This document shows positions 1-8,016 of a stretch of 35,126 nucleotides of DNA, in pieces. The notes below the pieces were generated by a model. It had not been told where the DNA came from. It saw only the letters and a list, made by a program, of their open reading frames with translations, and did no database searches. The translations under genes were made by a program, and so were the position numbers. Each line of letters opens with the position of its first letter. The first letter of the stretch is position 1. Origin of the DNA: SAR324 cluster bacterium (GTDB lineage Bacteria > SAR324 > NAC60-12); NCBI GenBank assembly GCA_022448705.1, contig JAKUUF010000001.1:1-35126 (forward strand), read 5' to 3'.

Positions 1-166
1 CCTGGGAAATCTGCGAACTTCTCGAGGAGGATCTCTGGTTGAAATTCATTTTCAGGACAACAGACCTTTTATCCTGTATTTCGGGTTCTAAATCACCACA
101 GCCGGAGAAGAGGAAAAAGGGGATCATCCCAAATATAAGCGTAAGAAAATTACGACTGAATAACAT
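1..166 (-). CDS. partial CDS: N-terminus of a putative lipoprotein (continues past the window start)
   Basis: Too short for the ORF track. The reverse-strand ATG (plus-strand 164-166) gives MLFSRNFLTLIFGMIPFFLFSGCGDLEPE..., a hydrophobic signal peptide ending in the lipobox-like LFSGC. The frame stays open to position 1. Confidence 0.4.
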   Translation of the reverse strand, partial: MLFSRNFLTLIFGMIPFFLFSGCGDLEPEIQDKRSVVLKMNFNQRSSSRSSQISQ

Positions 167-395
167 TGTTATGCTTATGGTGTTTATTTTAATATAAACA
201 ATCTAACCGTAAAAGATAATGAGATTGCTGAAAATTTGGAAAATACCTGCTTAAATAGCTATTCAGTTGAAATATGCAATTTGTAACATGAATCTATCAG
301 TTTTGGAAGAATTGTGGATTTTACCTGGAGTCCTGACTGCGAAGTATTAGTGGGGTTTATTCACAGGGAATGATGGAGTTCCCCTTGAGGTTGTG

Positions 396-1148
396 TCAAT
401 GTGAAACAAAAGGCATGATTTTAACAATGTAAATTGTCAAAAAACCGAAAAGGAATAAAAATGGTGTGTCCCATGTATGAGGGGCGAAAGCTTCTGCAAG
501 AGTCATTACTATGGGAAATATAATAAGCGCACAAATAAATTCAGAAGAGGTAAAGCCTGAATGAAAAAATATAATTACAATGATGCTTGTAAAAAACACA
601 CATGCACTTCCTTCAACTGTTCTTTCATATGTTATTTTTGAAAAAAGGGCATAAGTCTTATATTTTATCCTGCCAAATCTAACTCCTACAGGTTCAGCAA
701 GGCCGTCACCAATTCCATTTACAAGTATAGGTATCAAGATCAGGTCACCGTAACCGAATGTAAAAAAATAAATCATAATTGGTATAAGAATCAGATATCC
801 AACTGTTATTTGTGTAGAGAGCCAGAGAAGAGTATTTGGCCGATCCTCAGGTCTATCAAAAGATAAAAACATTCTTTGTATAATCCTTGACTTATTTCTT
901 ACCGGTTTGATGTATATTATGAGACTGCCGACTGCAAGAAAACTTCCTATAATTATCGATTCTATTGAGGGCTCGACTGGAAGAATATTGTCAAGAAACA
1001 TTGGGACAAAAAATAAAGCGAAGTGGTTAATCTTTCTGGTATAGTTAACCTTTACACCTTTGTAATAAACAAGACTGCCTGATGCATATGCAACTGAAAT
1101 CAATATCCCCGTTTGTATTATTACTCTTAAAAATGCTGGATCAATCAT
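396..1148 (-). CDS. polytopic membrane protein, CTP-dependent polyprenol (phytol/dolichol) kinase-like, cytidylyltransferase family
   Basis: 250-aa multi-TM ORF. The C-terminal half contains GIGDGLAEPVGVRFGRIKY...ERTVEGSACVF, matching the GDxxAxxxGxxxG...EGS signature I recall for phytol/dolichol kinase and CdsA-like enzymes. Confidence 0.55.
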   Translation of the reverse strand: MIDPAFLRVIIQTGILISVAYASGSLVYYKGVKVNYTRKINHFALFFVPMFLDNILPVEPSIESIIIGSFLAVGSLIIYIKPVRNKSRIIQRMFLSFDRPEDRPNTLLWLSTQITVGYLILIPIMIYFFTFGYGDLILIPILVNGIGDGLAEPVGVRFGRIKYKTYALFSKITYERTVEGSACVFFTSIIVIIFFHSGFTSSEFICALIIFPIVMTLAEAFAPHTWDTPFLFLFGFLTIYIVKIMPFVSH

Positions 1149-1261
1149 TTATATGATTCAAATTAAGGAAAGGTAAAAGACTGGGAAGAATTTGTAAGGG
1201 TTAGGTCAGCGAATAACTGGATGCAGCAATTATGCTGTTCTTGTTTCTATATGCCTTATTT

Positions 1262-2200
1262 CTAAAAGGAATATGTCCAGGAAAGACGCGTAATGCCGCC
1301 TGGCATTCCAACCTTTGACGGCAGGGATTCTCCACGGTTGTTATAAGTTGCATCGTAGATGGTTGAATCAATAATGGTGTTGCCAGCAAACGGATTGTCT
1401 ATAATCTCTCTTTTCCCGGGAAAGAGAAATTCCAGCATGAATCCGAAACTATCTCCACCGGAAGCAATTCCCATGCGCCTGAACGGCATGATGCCTGCTG
1501 ACCCGCTTATCTCAGTCTGTGTAACGGGAGCATAGTCCACAATTGCGGGATTTGACCTGATTCCGTACCTTATAGTACTTTCCACCCTTGAAAACCCAAA
1601 TCCCAAAAAAATATCTATATCGTCAGGTGCAGGTACTCCAAATGGATGTAAGGAAGCAGAAAACATATAGAAATGAGAAGCCATCCGTATAAGCGGGGTA
1701 GCATAAGAAGGATCCGCTCCTGAAGTTGCTGCCCTTACTTTTTCATCATCCATCCAGATATTTGTATGGGTAAAGCATAAACCTACTCCGACATTAAGTT
1801 CAGTCGGCAGAATATACTCCACGGAAAAAGGAAGCAGACCATTCAGCAATGGGATGTAGCTGAATAACTTGGTCAGAGAACCATCTTTGCTTTTGTGCCC
1901 ATCATCATTTTTGTTTTGAACATTGGGAATTATTCCTTTTGTTCCAGGATCAAAAACCGTTAATCCAAAAAAACCCTGCCCTCCTTTGAAACGACTGGTA
2001 CCCGTCATTTGGTAAAACGGGTGGTCCTCATCACTGCTGAAGGTCTGATGCAGAATTTCCCAAAATCCTACACGCCAGACAGCACCCGCAGTCTCAACAG
2101 GTGCAGGAGGCTCTTCTTCCTGCGAATATGAACCTGTTGTGAACAGAACCAGGATTGATGCTACAATAAAAAGGATTCGAACAAAACGAATGAAAAACAT
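1262..2200 (-). CDS. putative outer-membrane beta-barrel protein
   Basis: N-terminal signal peptide (MFFIRFVRILFIVASILVLFTTGSYSQ). Alternating hydrophobic beta-strand pattern. C-terminus is ...RLSWTYSF, with the terminal aromatic Phe typical of BAM substrates. Confidence 0.5.
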   Translation of the reverse strand: MFFIRFVRILFIVASILVLFTTGSYSQEEEPPAPVETAGAVWRVGFWEILHQTFSSDEDHPFYQMTGTSRFKGGQGFFGLTVFDPGTKGIIPNVQNKNDDGHKSKDGSLTKLFSYIPLLNGLLPFSVEYILPTELNVGVGLCFTHTNIWMDDEKVRAATSGADPSYATPLIRMASHFYMFSASLHPFGVPAPDDIDIFLGFGFSRVESTIRYGIRSNPAIVDYAPVTQTEISGSAGIMPFRRMGIASGGDSFGFMLEFLFPGKREIIDNPFAGNTIIDSTIYDATYNNRGESLPSKVGMPGGITRLSWTYSF

Positions 2201-2279
2201 AGACGCATCTTAGTTAAAACAAATCAGGAATTGAATGCAAATCAATCCCCAAACAACCAGATGGTCGTGATGAGTTTAG

Positions 2280-2882
2280 TCAGTGAGAGGCAGGGGTACC
2301 GGAGTGCTCCAGAACTTCACTCCAATCAATTGCCCGGCGGATTTCCGGGTGCTTGAAGTCGGCATTAAACGGACGGGACATCAGCCATATTTCCGCGTCA
2401 GGGAATGATTCCAGCACATTGAGGCAATTATCAGGGTGATCATCCACAAAAATAACTGACTCATCAGCCTGTAGCAATTCCTGAATAACTTCAGCCTTTG
2501 TTTTTGATGTTTTGCCTTCATAATTAATGAATCCCCCACAATGCGCGGACTTAAATTTAAATCCTGCATTTCGTAAATTCTTTACTCTTCGTTCAAGACA
2601 ATCCGGTGGTATGTTTGTGATGAAATGCACAGGATATGCCCCAAATTTAGCGTTAAAATGCTCAGGGTCGACTATTGGTTTCAACCTTTCAAATTCATTA
2701 CTTTTGATAAAATAGTCCCAACCTTCCACCACTTGTTCTTTTGTCAGCATATCGGAAAACCAGAAACTTTCTGGAACATAATCATCATCTATATCTAATT
2801 TAAAATATTCTTTCATTGTCCTGGTAAAGCCGCGGTCAAAGTCCAGCATTACTCCATCCACATCAAAAAAACAACAATACAT
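2280..2882 (-). CDS. HAD-superfamily hydrolase (nucleotidase-like)
   Basis: The N-terminal FFDVDGVMLDF is HAD motif I (DxDG). A late VIFVDDHPDN is motif IV-like. 200 aa. Confidence 0.65.
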   Translation of the reverse strand: MYCCFFDVDGVMLDFDRGFTRTMKEYFKLDIDDDYVPESFWFSDMLTKEQVVEGWDYFIKSNEFERLKPIVDPEHFNAKFGAYPVHFITNIPPDCLERRVKNLRNAGFKFKSAHCGGFINYEGKTSKTKAEVIQELLQADESVIFVDDHPDNCLNVLESFPDAEIWLMSRPFNADFKHPEIRRAIDWSEVLEHSGTPASH

Positions 2883-3203
2883 GGAATTTTAAATGTCTAA
2901 AAAATCAAATTTAATAAGAATTGGAAATGTTGCAGTCAACTGATTTTTGCTGAGAATTGGAATCCAGTTTTTTACAGACAAACAACATTGTTTGGGAGGA
3001 AGAGTTTTGCGGCAATTTAATCTAAATAATAATTAAGCATCAAATTCTTGAATTTTGATGTACATTCACACTAACTGAACCAAGAGTTATTGTAAAGAAA
3101 ATACTTGTACTGGCAAAGACCCGCCCTGAATCAGAATTAATGCAGATATTTATGCATTATGATTGAAGTTAAATAAAACTAAATCCAGACGCTTAATATT
3201 TGT

Positions 3204-3232
3204 CTTTATGAGATTTCAATATTTGGTAGAAT
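3204..3232 (+). promoter_or_regulatory. candidate sigma-70 promoter with extended -10 (TGgTAGAAT) upstream of the M50 protease gene
   Basis: TGG TAGAAT at 3224-3232, about 59 nt upstream of the ATG at 3291. The -35 region is weak (TTTATG). Sequence pattern only. Confidence 0.35.
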
Positions 3233-3290
3233 TATGTACTCGAATGAAAATCGGTTTTAATCAAATTTTTTGCTGACTGAAAAATAATTT

Positions 3291-3923
3291 ATGCTGCTGA
3301 GTCTTCCTCCACAAGTGCTGATAATTCTGGCGTTTTGCCTGATATTTGCCCTCACTTTTCATGAATTCGGCCATGCTTATACAGCGCATCTATGTGGAGA
3401 CGATACCGCAAAAGCAGCAGGCAGAATGTCACTCAATCCACTGGTGCATTTAGACCTCTTCGGCAGCCTGATGGTTCTAATAGTAGGTTTTGGATATGCC
3501 CGTCCGGTGCCGGTTAATCCAAATAATTACCGAGTCCGCAATGCTGATTTTTATATTGCCTCAGCTGGTCCACTGATGAATTTACTGCTGGGAATAATTG
3601 GTGCATTTTTATATGGGATTCTGGCACAGAACAGCATAACAATATTGGCCGGAGTTCCCCTACTCTTTTTGCTCAAACTGTTTATCATCATCAATTTCAA
3701 TCTTTTTCTCTTCAATCTGATTCCTCTCGGACCACTTGATGGGAATTCGGTATTCCCCCATTTTTTGCCTCCAAATTTGAGAATACGTTATCAGCACTGG
3801 AATTTCCGTTATGGATCCTATGCCCTGATAGGCCTGGTATTGCTCAGCATACTGCTGCCAAACTTCAGCGCCTTCAGCTGGATTACTTCAATCAGTATGA
3901 GCATGACTAACGGACTTCTTTAA
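3291..3923 (+). CDS. site-2 protease family (peptidase M50) membrane metalloprotease
   Basis: HEFGHAY (HExxH) lies in the first TM region. NLIPLGPLDG is the second M50 signature. Multi-TM, 210 aa. Confidence 0.8.
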   Translation: MLLSLPPQVLIILAFCLIFALTFHEFGHAYTAHLCGDDTAKAAGRMSLNPLVHLDLFGSLMVLIVGFGYARPVPVNPNNYRVRNADFYIASAGPLMNLLLGIIGAFLYGILAQNSITILAGVPLLFLLKLFIIINFNLFLFNLIPLGPLDGNSVFPHFLPPNLRIRYQHWNFRYGSYALIGLVLLSILLPNFSAFSWITSISMSMTNGLL

Positions 3924-3983
3924 AAAACATACTGGCTGCTCTCAATTATAAAAAATTCCACATATTGCCCTTAACAAAAGATC

Positions 3984-5336
3984 ATGACACTGGATGAACT
4001 AAAATCAATTTTTCAAAGTTATTGCTGCAAAGAGGCAGGCTCTCCAGAAAAAAAACTTTTCGGAATGGAATACGAAAATTTTGTGATGATTCCAAAAGGC
4101 CATGATAAGGAAAAAACATTTGATCCATTGCCAGTTGAAGGTGATTCCGGGGTTTTCAGGATTTTAGAAAATTTGGCTGATCTTACCAAAGAAAGCGATG
4201 ACCCGCTGGAGAAAGTGTATGAAAAAGAAATGCTCCTGGCACTTAAAAGCCCTGCAGGAACAAAAGTTACAATTGAACCCGGTGGACAGTTTGAACTCTC
4301 TGACGCTCCAAGAAATTCCCTTTCTGAGTCAAATGAATCATTGCAGAATTACCTGAAGCTGCTGAAAAACGCTGTAGCCGAATTCGAAGGGAAACTGTTA
4401 TTTCAAGGGGTTCAGCCTCTGCATGGACTTGAGAAATTGCCATTTTTCAAAAAAGGGCGATACCAGATAATGTTTCCTCACATGCTGAAAACCGGCTCCC
4501 TTGGACAGTGGATGATGAAAGCATCATCAGGAGTCCAGGTCAGTATTGATTATGCCTCGATAGAAGACATGCAGAGAAAATTTGTTTTTTTAAATCGCCT
4601 TTCCCCATTTTTAACAGCACTATTCGCTAACAGCCCATTGGTCGAAGGGGAGCCATGCGGATATCTTTCCTATCGTTCACACATTTGGAATAACACTGAT
4701 GCTTCACGGACAGGGCTTCAAACAGCATTTTTAAGCGACAAATTCCGGATTGAAGATTACATAAACTGGGCATTAGAAGCATCACCATATCACCTGATGC
4801 GTGATGGCGAAATTGTGGTTACCACCGACTGGAATTTCCAGCAACTGCTGAATGGGGAACATCCTGAGCTGACTATAACCATGGAAGACTGGGAGGATCA
4901 TTTGGGTATGCTGTTTCCGGACATCAGGATCAAAAACATTCTAGAAATAAGGGTTGTGGACAGTGTGTCCCCGAAATATGCGCTGGCAGTTCCAGCCCTG
5001 ATAGGTGCATTGCTTTATCATGAAAATGCTTTTTCATCAGTTCAATCCATGCTGATGGATTTGCCTCACGAAGAATTCAGCTCGTACAAAATGGCAGTGG
5101 CAAAGGATGCTTTGCAGGCAGATGTAAATCGAACTAATTTTGCCAGAACCGGAATGAAACTGATGGAAACAGCACTTGGAGAACTTGGTTCAGATGAAGA
5201 AAAATGGCTGCTTCCTTATTTCGACAATTACACTAAAGAAGGGAAAACGCCTGCAGACGAGACACTTGAAAAGTTCCGGAATTGCGGAGAAGATCCGGAC
5301 AAATGGCTTGATGAGGTTTTAAGTATACCTGATTAG
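3984..5336 (+). CDS. gshA: glutamate--cysteine ligase (plant/proteobacterial GCS type)
   Basis: 450 aa with GMEYENF, TIEPGGQFELSDAP, GxQP, SHIWNNTD and RIKNILEIRVVD, resembling the plant-type gamma-glutamylcysteine synthetase family. Its TAG stop (5334-5336) overlaps the stop of the convergent gene. Confidence 0.8.
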   Translation: MTLDELKSIFQSYCCKEAGSPEKKLFGMEYENFVMIPKGHDKEKTFDPLPVEGDSGVFRILENLADLTKESDDPLEKVYEKEMLLALKSPAGTKVTIEPGGQFELSDAPRNSLSESNESLQNYLKLLKNAVAEFEGKLLFQGVQPLHGLEKLPFFKKGRYQIMFPHMLKTGSLGQWMMKASSGVQVSIDYASIEDMQRKFVFLNRLSPFLTALFANSPLVEGEPCGYLSYRSHIWNNTDASRTGLQTAFLSDKFRIEDYINWALEASPYHLMRDGEIVVTTDWNFQQLLNGEHPELTITMEDWEDHLGMLFPDIRIKNILEIRVVDSVSPKYALAVPALIGALLYHENAFSSVQSMLMDLPHEEFSSYKMAVAKDALQADVNRTNFARTGMKLMETALGELGSDEEKWLLPYFDNYTKEGKTPADETLEKFRNCGEDPDKWLDEVLSIPD

Positions 5337-6388
5337 TTTTCTGCCCAGGCTGCTTGTTTAAATTCACGATTTTGCTGAATGGAAGATGGTTTTTTATCGT
5401 CGATACCCCTGATCACACGTACAGAATAATTTCCATCGGACTCTCCTGTCGCGCCCTTCAGCACTGGTGTTCCATTAATCCTGATTGTTACATTTCCATC
5501 TCTATTCTCCAAAGGCAACACCTGACCTTCTTCAAGTTTGCCATGTGTTCCACTCAAATCCGTACTGCCCAGTTCCGCAACCACGGAATATTCCATGTTA
5601 TCCAACAAATCATTAAAATGCTTTTTTACATGAGGAAAGTAATATTCCATTGATTCAGGCTCAATTAATTTCTTTTTTTCAATCGGAGTGAGCAGCGAGT
5701 CAATTCCAGTCAGCGGCAGGCAAAGCGTAAAATTTGAGTTAAATTCTCCAGAACTTAGCTTTATGCAGAAGACAAGACAATATTCGTAAGGCAGCATAAC
5801 TTTCGCCCGATAGGGATAGATAGTTACTCGATTCAGATTCAGCTCAACCTGGGCAATATTAAGCCAGCTTCTTTCAAAGTCAGTAATCATCGGGCGCACC
5901 AACGCCAGCAGGCTTTTCTGGTGTTCTCTCATCAATTGCACAAGGGAATGTCTATTCAATACCTTCCCATCGGCCATTTTGCTGCCTACACTGGTGATTT
6001 CCTTTTTTATTGTGTCGTACAAACCACCTACGAATCCTCCCTCAGTGTGCTCTTCCTCAGGATCGGCAGCAATTTCTTCAGAGTAGCTTTTTAAAACATA
6101 TACATTAAAAAAAGCGTTGTCTACAAGGAAAAGGCCTCTGCTCTGGTTATGTGTTTCAAAAATGTATATCGGCTGTTTTGAAATGGAGCTGAAAAATTCC
6201 TCAAAGCGATGCTGTTCAACGTTTTGCACTGATACATCAAACATCACCCCAATTCTTTCATACAAAGTCTCCTGAATAAGAGAAGACCATCTACGAACAA
6301 CAACATCCATTAAATGAAATCGTCCGGTTGAATACTTAGTTTCAGCCAGCTCAAAAGGTTTATATGCTATCTCGGTTTTATGTAGCAT
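5333..6388 (-). CDS. FliM-like switch-complex protein (FliM middle domain plus C-terminal SpoA/FliN-type domain) lacking the N-terminal CheY-binding peptide
   Basis: YKPFELAE...FHLMDVVVRRWSSLIQETLYERIGVMFDVSVQNVEQHRFEEFFSSISKQPIYIFE...GLFLVDNAFF follows the FliM pattern (yDF..p...L..ih.rfar.l...L...v.v....v.q..y.eF..s...P). The C-terminus VVAELGSTDL...EEGQVLPLEN..NVTIRINGTPVLKGATGESDGNYSVRVI is SpoA-like. There is no LSQxEIDALL motif at the N-terminus. Confidence 0.6.
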   Translation of the reverse strand: MLHKTEIAYKPFELAETKYSTGRFHLMDVVVRRWSSLIQETLYERIGVMFDVSVQNVEQHRFEEFFSSISKQPIYIFETHNQSRGLFLVDNAFFNVYVLKSYSEEIAADPEEEHTEGGFVGGLYDTIKKEITSVGSKMADGKVLNRHSLVQLMREHQKSLLALVRPMITDFERSWLNIAQVELNLNRVTIYPYRAKVMLPYEYCLVFCIKLSSGEFNSNFTLCLPLTGIDSLLTPIEKKKLIEPESMEYYFPHVKKHFNDLLDNMEYSVVAELGSTDLSGTHGKLEEGQVLPLENRDGNVTIRINGTPVLKGATGESDGNYSVRVIRGIDDKKPSSIQQNREFKQAAWAEN

Positions 6389-6394
6389 TATTGG

Positions 6395-7624
6395 CTAATC
6401 CTGTACAATTCCTACAATACGAATTCCAAGTTTGTCATTATTAATCTGAACAATTTCTCCACGGGCAATGGTTTTGCCGTCAATCACCAGGTCAACAGGC
6501 TCTCCAGCGGCTTTATCTAGTTCGATAATGCTTCCATAAGTTATCTGTGTAATTTCCTCACCAGTAAGTGTGGTCCGCGCTATTTCCACCACTGCTTCAT
6601 GATGTAAACTTAACAACATTTTTGAACCTAAAGAATCAACAGTTTCTTCCGAGGAATCTGGTTCTTGAGGCATCACACTCCCCACATTTTCAATTTCAGG
6701 TTCATCTTGAACTCCAGATTCAGCAGCAGATGTTTGCTCACTCATCTCTTCCGGCTCATCCGACGTTTCTTCACTTAACTGTGCTGTTACTTCATCCTCA
6801 GATTCTGTTAAATCTTCTAAATCATCAATTTCTGAATCTTCAGCTTCAGGGGCGTCACTTTCCGCTTCTTCAAGTTCAATTTCAGATGTTTCTTCTTCTA
6901 CTGTGTCATCCAGTTCTTCCATACCAAGATCCAGATCTTCCGATTCTGCTGACTCACTTTCATCACTTTCTTCCGCCACTTCAGGATCATGCAGCATATC
7001 CATAACATCTGACGAATCTGTTTCTTCTTCAGTTTGCTCACCACTCTCCGATGCATCTGATTCTGATTCTTCTGATATTTCAGTATCTGCTTCTGCTTCC
7101 GGGGAGCTTTCAGACTCTTCGGATACTTCTATATTCTCTGAATCATCACTTTCCGCAACAATTTCTTCCTCATTATCTTTATCGGATTCAGCTGCTGCAG
7201 AATCCTCCTGACTCTCTTCAGAACCATCTTCCCCTGCAGAAGCATCCTCAGTGGAATTTTCGGTGCTCTCTTCCTCACCCAATTCATCAAGTGCACTCTC
7301 TACTGAGTCACCAACTTGACCTTCAGTTTCTTCAAAAACCATATCTTCCTCTCCATCTGCAGATGCATCAGCCTTTTCCTCCTCCTGATCATCCAATTTG
7401 ATTTCATCAACAAGATCTCCTATTTCATCCATTCCAAGCTTTAAATCATCTTCCTCCGAATCTGATAAGTCATCATCAGGTTTTGAATCAGCAGCAACTG
7501 CCGAAGCTTCCCCTGTGCCATGATCATCAGCAAATAAAGATATATCTTCTGATTCTCTCAAAATGTCTGCAGGGCTGTCTTCTTCTGAGAGCTTTATATC
7601 AATTCCTTCAGACTCGTCTGCCAT
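6395..7624 (-). CDS. FliN/SpoA-domain protein with a roughly 330-aa polyacidic (D/E/S-rich) N-terminal extension
   Basis: The C-terminal 75 aa are LLSLHHEAVVEIARTTLTGEEITQITYGSIIELDKAAGEPVDLVIDGKTIARGEIVQINNDKLGIRIVGIVQD. This closely matches the FliN consensus (..v.lG.t..t..el..L..GsvieLdk.aGepvdi.vng..iArGEvV.....fGvRi..iv). The rest is low-complexity acidic sequence. A 6-nt gap to the downstream FliM-like gene implies an operon. Confidence 0.75.
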   Translation of the reverse strand: MADESEGIDIKLSEEDSPADILRESEDISLFADDHGTGEASAVAADSKPDDDLSDSEEDDLKLGMDEIGDLVDEIKLDDQEEEKADASADGEEDMVFEETEGQVGDSVESALDELGEEESTENSTEDASAGEDGSEESQEDSAAAESDKDNEEEIVAESDDSENIEVSEESESSPEAEADTEISEESESDASESGEQTEEETDSSDVMDMLHDPEVAEESDESESAESEDLDLGMEELDDTVEEETSEIELEEAESDAPEAEDSEIDDLEDLTESEDEVTAQLSEETSDEPEEMSEQTSAAESGVQDEPEIENVGSVMPQEPDSSEETVDSLGSKMLLSLHHEAVVEIARTTLTGEEITQITYGSIIELDKAAGEPVDLVIDGKTIARGEIVQINNDKLGIRIVGIVQD

Positions 7625-8016
7625 GGTTATTCGATCTCGAGACTATGTTTAAATGCAATTATTTGAATAAATTTTAAAGGATGTACTTATAGATTAAAAA
7701 CATGATATGTGATAAACGTGAAATTCAGGAAAAACCTTCACAAAAAATGACATATCCGGCCTGATTTTAGCAAGTCTTTTCTGAAAAATTTATGATTTTT
7801 TTAGTTATTTCAGTTTGAAACAAAAAAACTCAATTTTTATTTACAAATAAATTACAACATTTTTCAAAATGATCAAATCATTGTTTAACAGGAATTTTTT
7901 GCCGAAAACTGGAATTTACAATCACATCTCCTTAAGTTATGATTAAGATTAATCTGAAAGTACCAGAAATAGCTGATTATTAATGCTGAATTAATTATTG
8001 GATAATCACAGATTAT

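Noticed and set aside
3038-3060. Inverted repeats in AT-rich intergenic DNA (CATCAAA-N9-TTTGATG at 3038-3060; AATGAT-CAA-ATCATT at 7868-7882)
   Set aside because: Short 6-7-bp arms in very AT-rich sequence are expected by chance. They are not duplicated elsewhere in the window or positioned over a clear promoter. They could be operators, but I cannot support that.
5333-5336. 4-nt tail-to-tail overlap of the gshA (TAG) and FliM-like (TAA) stop codons as a regulatory feature
   Set aside because: This is a simple overlap of convergent stop codons (TTAG) in a compact genome. No hairpin or other structure is evident.
6568-7401. Three plus-strand ORFs (6568-7005, 6903-7211, 7051-7401) overlapping the acidic FliN-like gene
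   Set aside because: They are antisense shadows of the GAA/GAT/TCA-rich acidic coding sequence. Their products are low-complexity S/L/P/Q strings with no motifs, whereas the minus-strand frame ends in a textbook FliN domain.
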